A stretch of DNA of 64,000 nt. Origin: Stegostoma tigrinum. Taxonomy: Eukaryota. Both the position numbers and the translations under genes were made by a program. Below the pieces are notes generated by a model. That model saw only the letters and a list, made by a program, of their open reading frames with translations, ran no database searches and was not told the origin of the DNA. Numbering within the stretch: position 1 is the stretch's first letter; every line of letters begins with the position of its first letter. Where the stretch lies: NCBI RefSeq assembly GCF_030684315.1, contig NC_081356.1, forward strand, positions 40,821,197 to 40,885,196, written 5' to 3'. Of this stretch, positions 61,528 through 64,000 are shown in pieces.

Positions 61528-63429
61528 GTAGCACTGAATTATTTTATTTCTGTATGTATTTTGATGCTAAACATTGTTTCATGACTGTGCATTGCCTTGG
61601 GATATTTTAATATGTTGAAAGTGCAATACAAATGCATGGTATTAAGGTATTGTGGTACTATTGTGGTATTAAGGCCAAATGACAAAATCTAACCTACAGC
61701 CACTTAAAGCCTTTTGTACCCTATTGATGAAGGATGTTGGAACATTGGAGAACAGGCAGAGGCATTAATGTGATTATGTAAAGTCTTCAGGTTCTTCCTC
61801 AGCTATGAGGAAGGATGTGAGAAGCAAAAACAAAAATTGCTGGACTTGCTGAGCAGGTCTGGCAGCATCTGTGAAGAGAAATCAGTGTTAATGTTTTGGG
61901 TCCAGTGACCCTTCCTCAGAACCCTGTCCAGCAATTTCTGTTTTTGTTTCTGATTTAAAGCATCTGTAGTTCTTAACACTTTTGTTTAGGAAGGATGAGA
62001 GATGTGGAGTCACTCACTTTGGAACGCAACAGGAGAAAGATGATTGATATCTTTTAAAACCATGAAAGGGCTAAAAACTATGTAATTCTTTGAAATGGAA
62101 ATAGATGGCAGAACTGGAGGCTATTGTTAATATACATCAATTGAGTACAAATTGCACTTATATAGAAGTCAGGAGAGGTGTGTTGTAACATCTCTGAGAA
62201 AATTGATTAGAAATATTTGTATAGAAACAGCTATAAGGGTACTATTGCTATTGGAGGTATACAATTTGTAACATGTATCTCGACAAATAAAAGTTACTAA
62301 ATGAGTAAAGACATGACTTTAAAGTTCTATTCTTCATTGCAGGGCTATCTAAATTTCACATGGGAAAAGGGAACATTCCCAAAAGGTGAAATTTGGAAAC
62401 AATAATTTCTTTTTCTTTTAACTTCTGCGTGTGGTATGTGGTCTAATTTAAAATCTCACTAAGGCTCATTAGCTTCAGTAAGGCAGGAAGGAGTAATTGT
62501 CTCCCAGGAATCTTTGTGGGAGCAATAGACATTTGATCCCAAAATATTTTCTTCTCTGAGAATGAGATTGTCAGAAAAGAGTGATATTTATCAATAACAA
62601 CTTATTCCCATGCTGATTACCTACTCCCTGGAGGCCGCAGTTTGCTGTCTTTCCCTCGGATCAGGATCTCTCCATTTGCAGCTGTCTTAAACCAATTTCT
62701 TCCAATTGTAGCGCTGGGGGAGGGCAGCATTTTAATGAATACTTGGGTCTGCTTTGAGGTTATTATGCGGCCAGCATATTTAATGTGTATCCTCAATTGT
62801 ACACCATACTGTGTGTATGATGCGACATTCTCTTTCCCATTCCCCAACGTACACCCCTGATCCTGTCCCACAGCACGGTTTGGGAATGAGCCTAGGCACT
62901 GCCTGTTTGTTTACATGTGAACCGTTAGTCCATGGGAATAGAAATTTGAAATGTATTCCCACTCAGTCAAAAATCTTGGAATTCCCAATGTTTGAGCATA
63001 GCCTACTTCTGATTGCTCACCCTCTCCCCATTCCCAGAATTTAACTAAACGCAGACTCTTTAAATTCAAAAATACAGCAAATCATTGGCTGACCATGTTA
63101 ACCAGTTGAAATTTTGCGACCAGAAAATGCTCATCGGATTTCAATGCAGGGAATGGGAAGTAAGCAGAATTATAATTATCCATAAGAACTTTAAAATCCC
63201 AATTTATATTCTGCATCTAGCATCACAAATTGTTGGTGCTATTTTATAGAGAGGTTTAACTTGTCAAAATGCATCTGTCACTTTGTAGTCATGTAGCTTG
63301 CAATGTTTTAATTCTGCATATACATGTGTGGTGCTCCACCTAATGGTGGCATTGGCTTTAAAAGCAGCCATTGTGATTAACCCAGTCAGTCTGTTGAGCC
63401 TATGCGAATCACTTCCATAGGGAAATGAG

Positions 63430-63547
63430 AAAGTGTAGAGCTAGATGAACACAGCAGCGTCCTAAGGTGCTGCTTGGCCTGCTGTGTTCATCCAGCTCTA
63501 CACTTCGTTATCTCGGATTCTCCAGCAAGTGCAGTTCCTATTATCTC
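63430..63547. mobile_element. Short inverted Penelope terminal fragment
   Basis: GTGTAGAGCTAGATGAACACAGCAG...CTGCTGTGTTCATCCAGCTCTACAC hairpin plus terminal GCAGTTCCTATTATCTC. Confidence 0.7.
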
Positions 63548-64000
63548 CGTAGGGAGATGGCTGAGTAAAATCTGTACTCTAGCCTATTATGAACAACCAA
63601 AAGAAACTTGCTATTTGATTCAATTAACTAACCATTGACACATATAGTCCAAATATCAGGTATTGCATTAGCATTGAAATTCATACTTTACAATTTGTTA
63701 AACATTTTTGCAATGAAGTAACTTCTTTCAACAGTAAATGATTGAGTGAAAAAAAAGGTTTCACCTTGACTTGAAAACATTTCACATTCCTTCCTCCTAG
63801 TAAGCTCAAGAAATCCGTAGGCAATGACAAACTTATAGCGACATAAAATTATGGCTTCCTTCCTTTCTCTCCTCTCAACATTGGGACGTTGGCTTTCTCT
63901 ATGTGAAAAGCAGAGAAAAATCAGCTCTTAGAAATCATGTTACTCGTGAAATTCACTCACTGATACTTCAAAAATATATTTTCTTAAAAGAAATTTTTAA

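Overview
Repeat-saturated vertebrate genomic DNA, very probably from a shark (HE1-type SINEs, elasmobranch-type CR1 LINEs and Penelope-like elements). I could not identify any intact host gene. The background is ordinary: a near-full-length CR1 LINE and many CR1 fragments, four Penelope-like (RT + GIY-YIG) copies plus many short Penelope terminal fragments, SINEs, decayed Gypsy/Tx1/Harbinger-like remnants and a 149-N gap. The unusual part is ~21.4-50.0 kb: a head-to-tail, same-strand array of nine decayed internal units separated by eight shared LTRs. Each repeat reads LTR - PBS-like TGG - short leader - env - 3' region - polypurine tract - LTR. The units have no recognisable pol and carry only an internally deleted envelope gene with class I fusion (F-protein-like) architecture: reconstructed RKRR cleavage site, fusion peptide, heptad region, Trp-rich membrane-proximal region and TM helix. 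A diverged relative of the same env, retaining the middle domain the array lacks, lies at 1-1090 with its own LTR-like end. Coordinates were read by eye; element boundaries are approximate unless a target-site duplication (TSD) is quoted.
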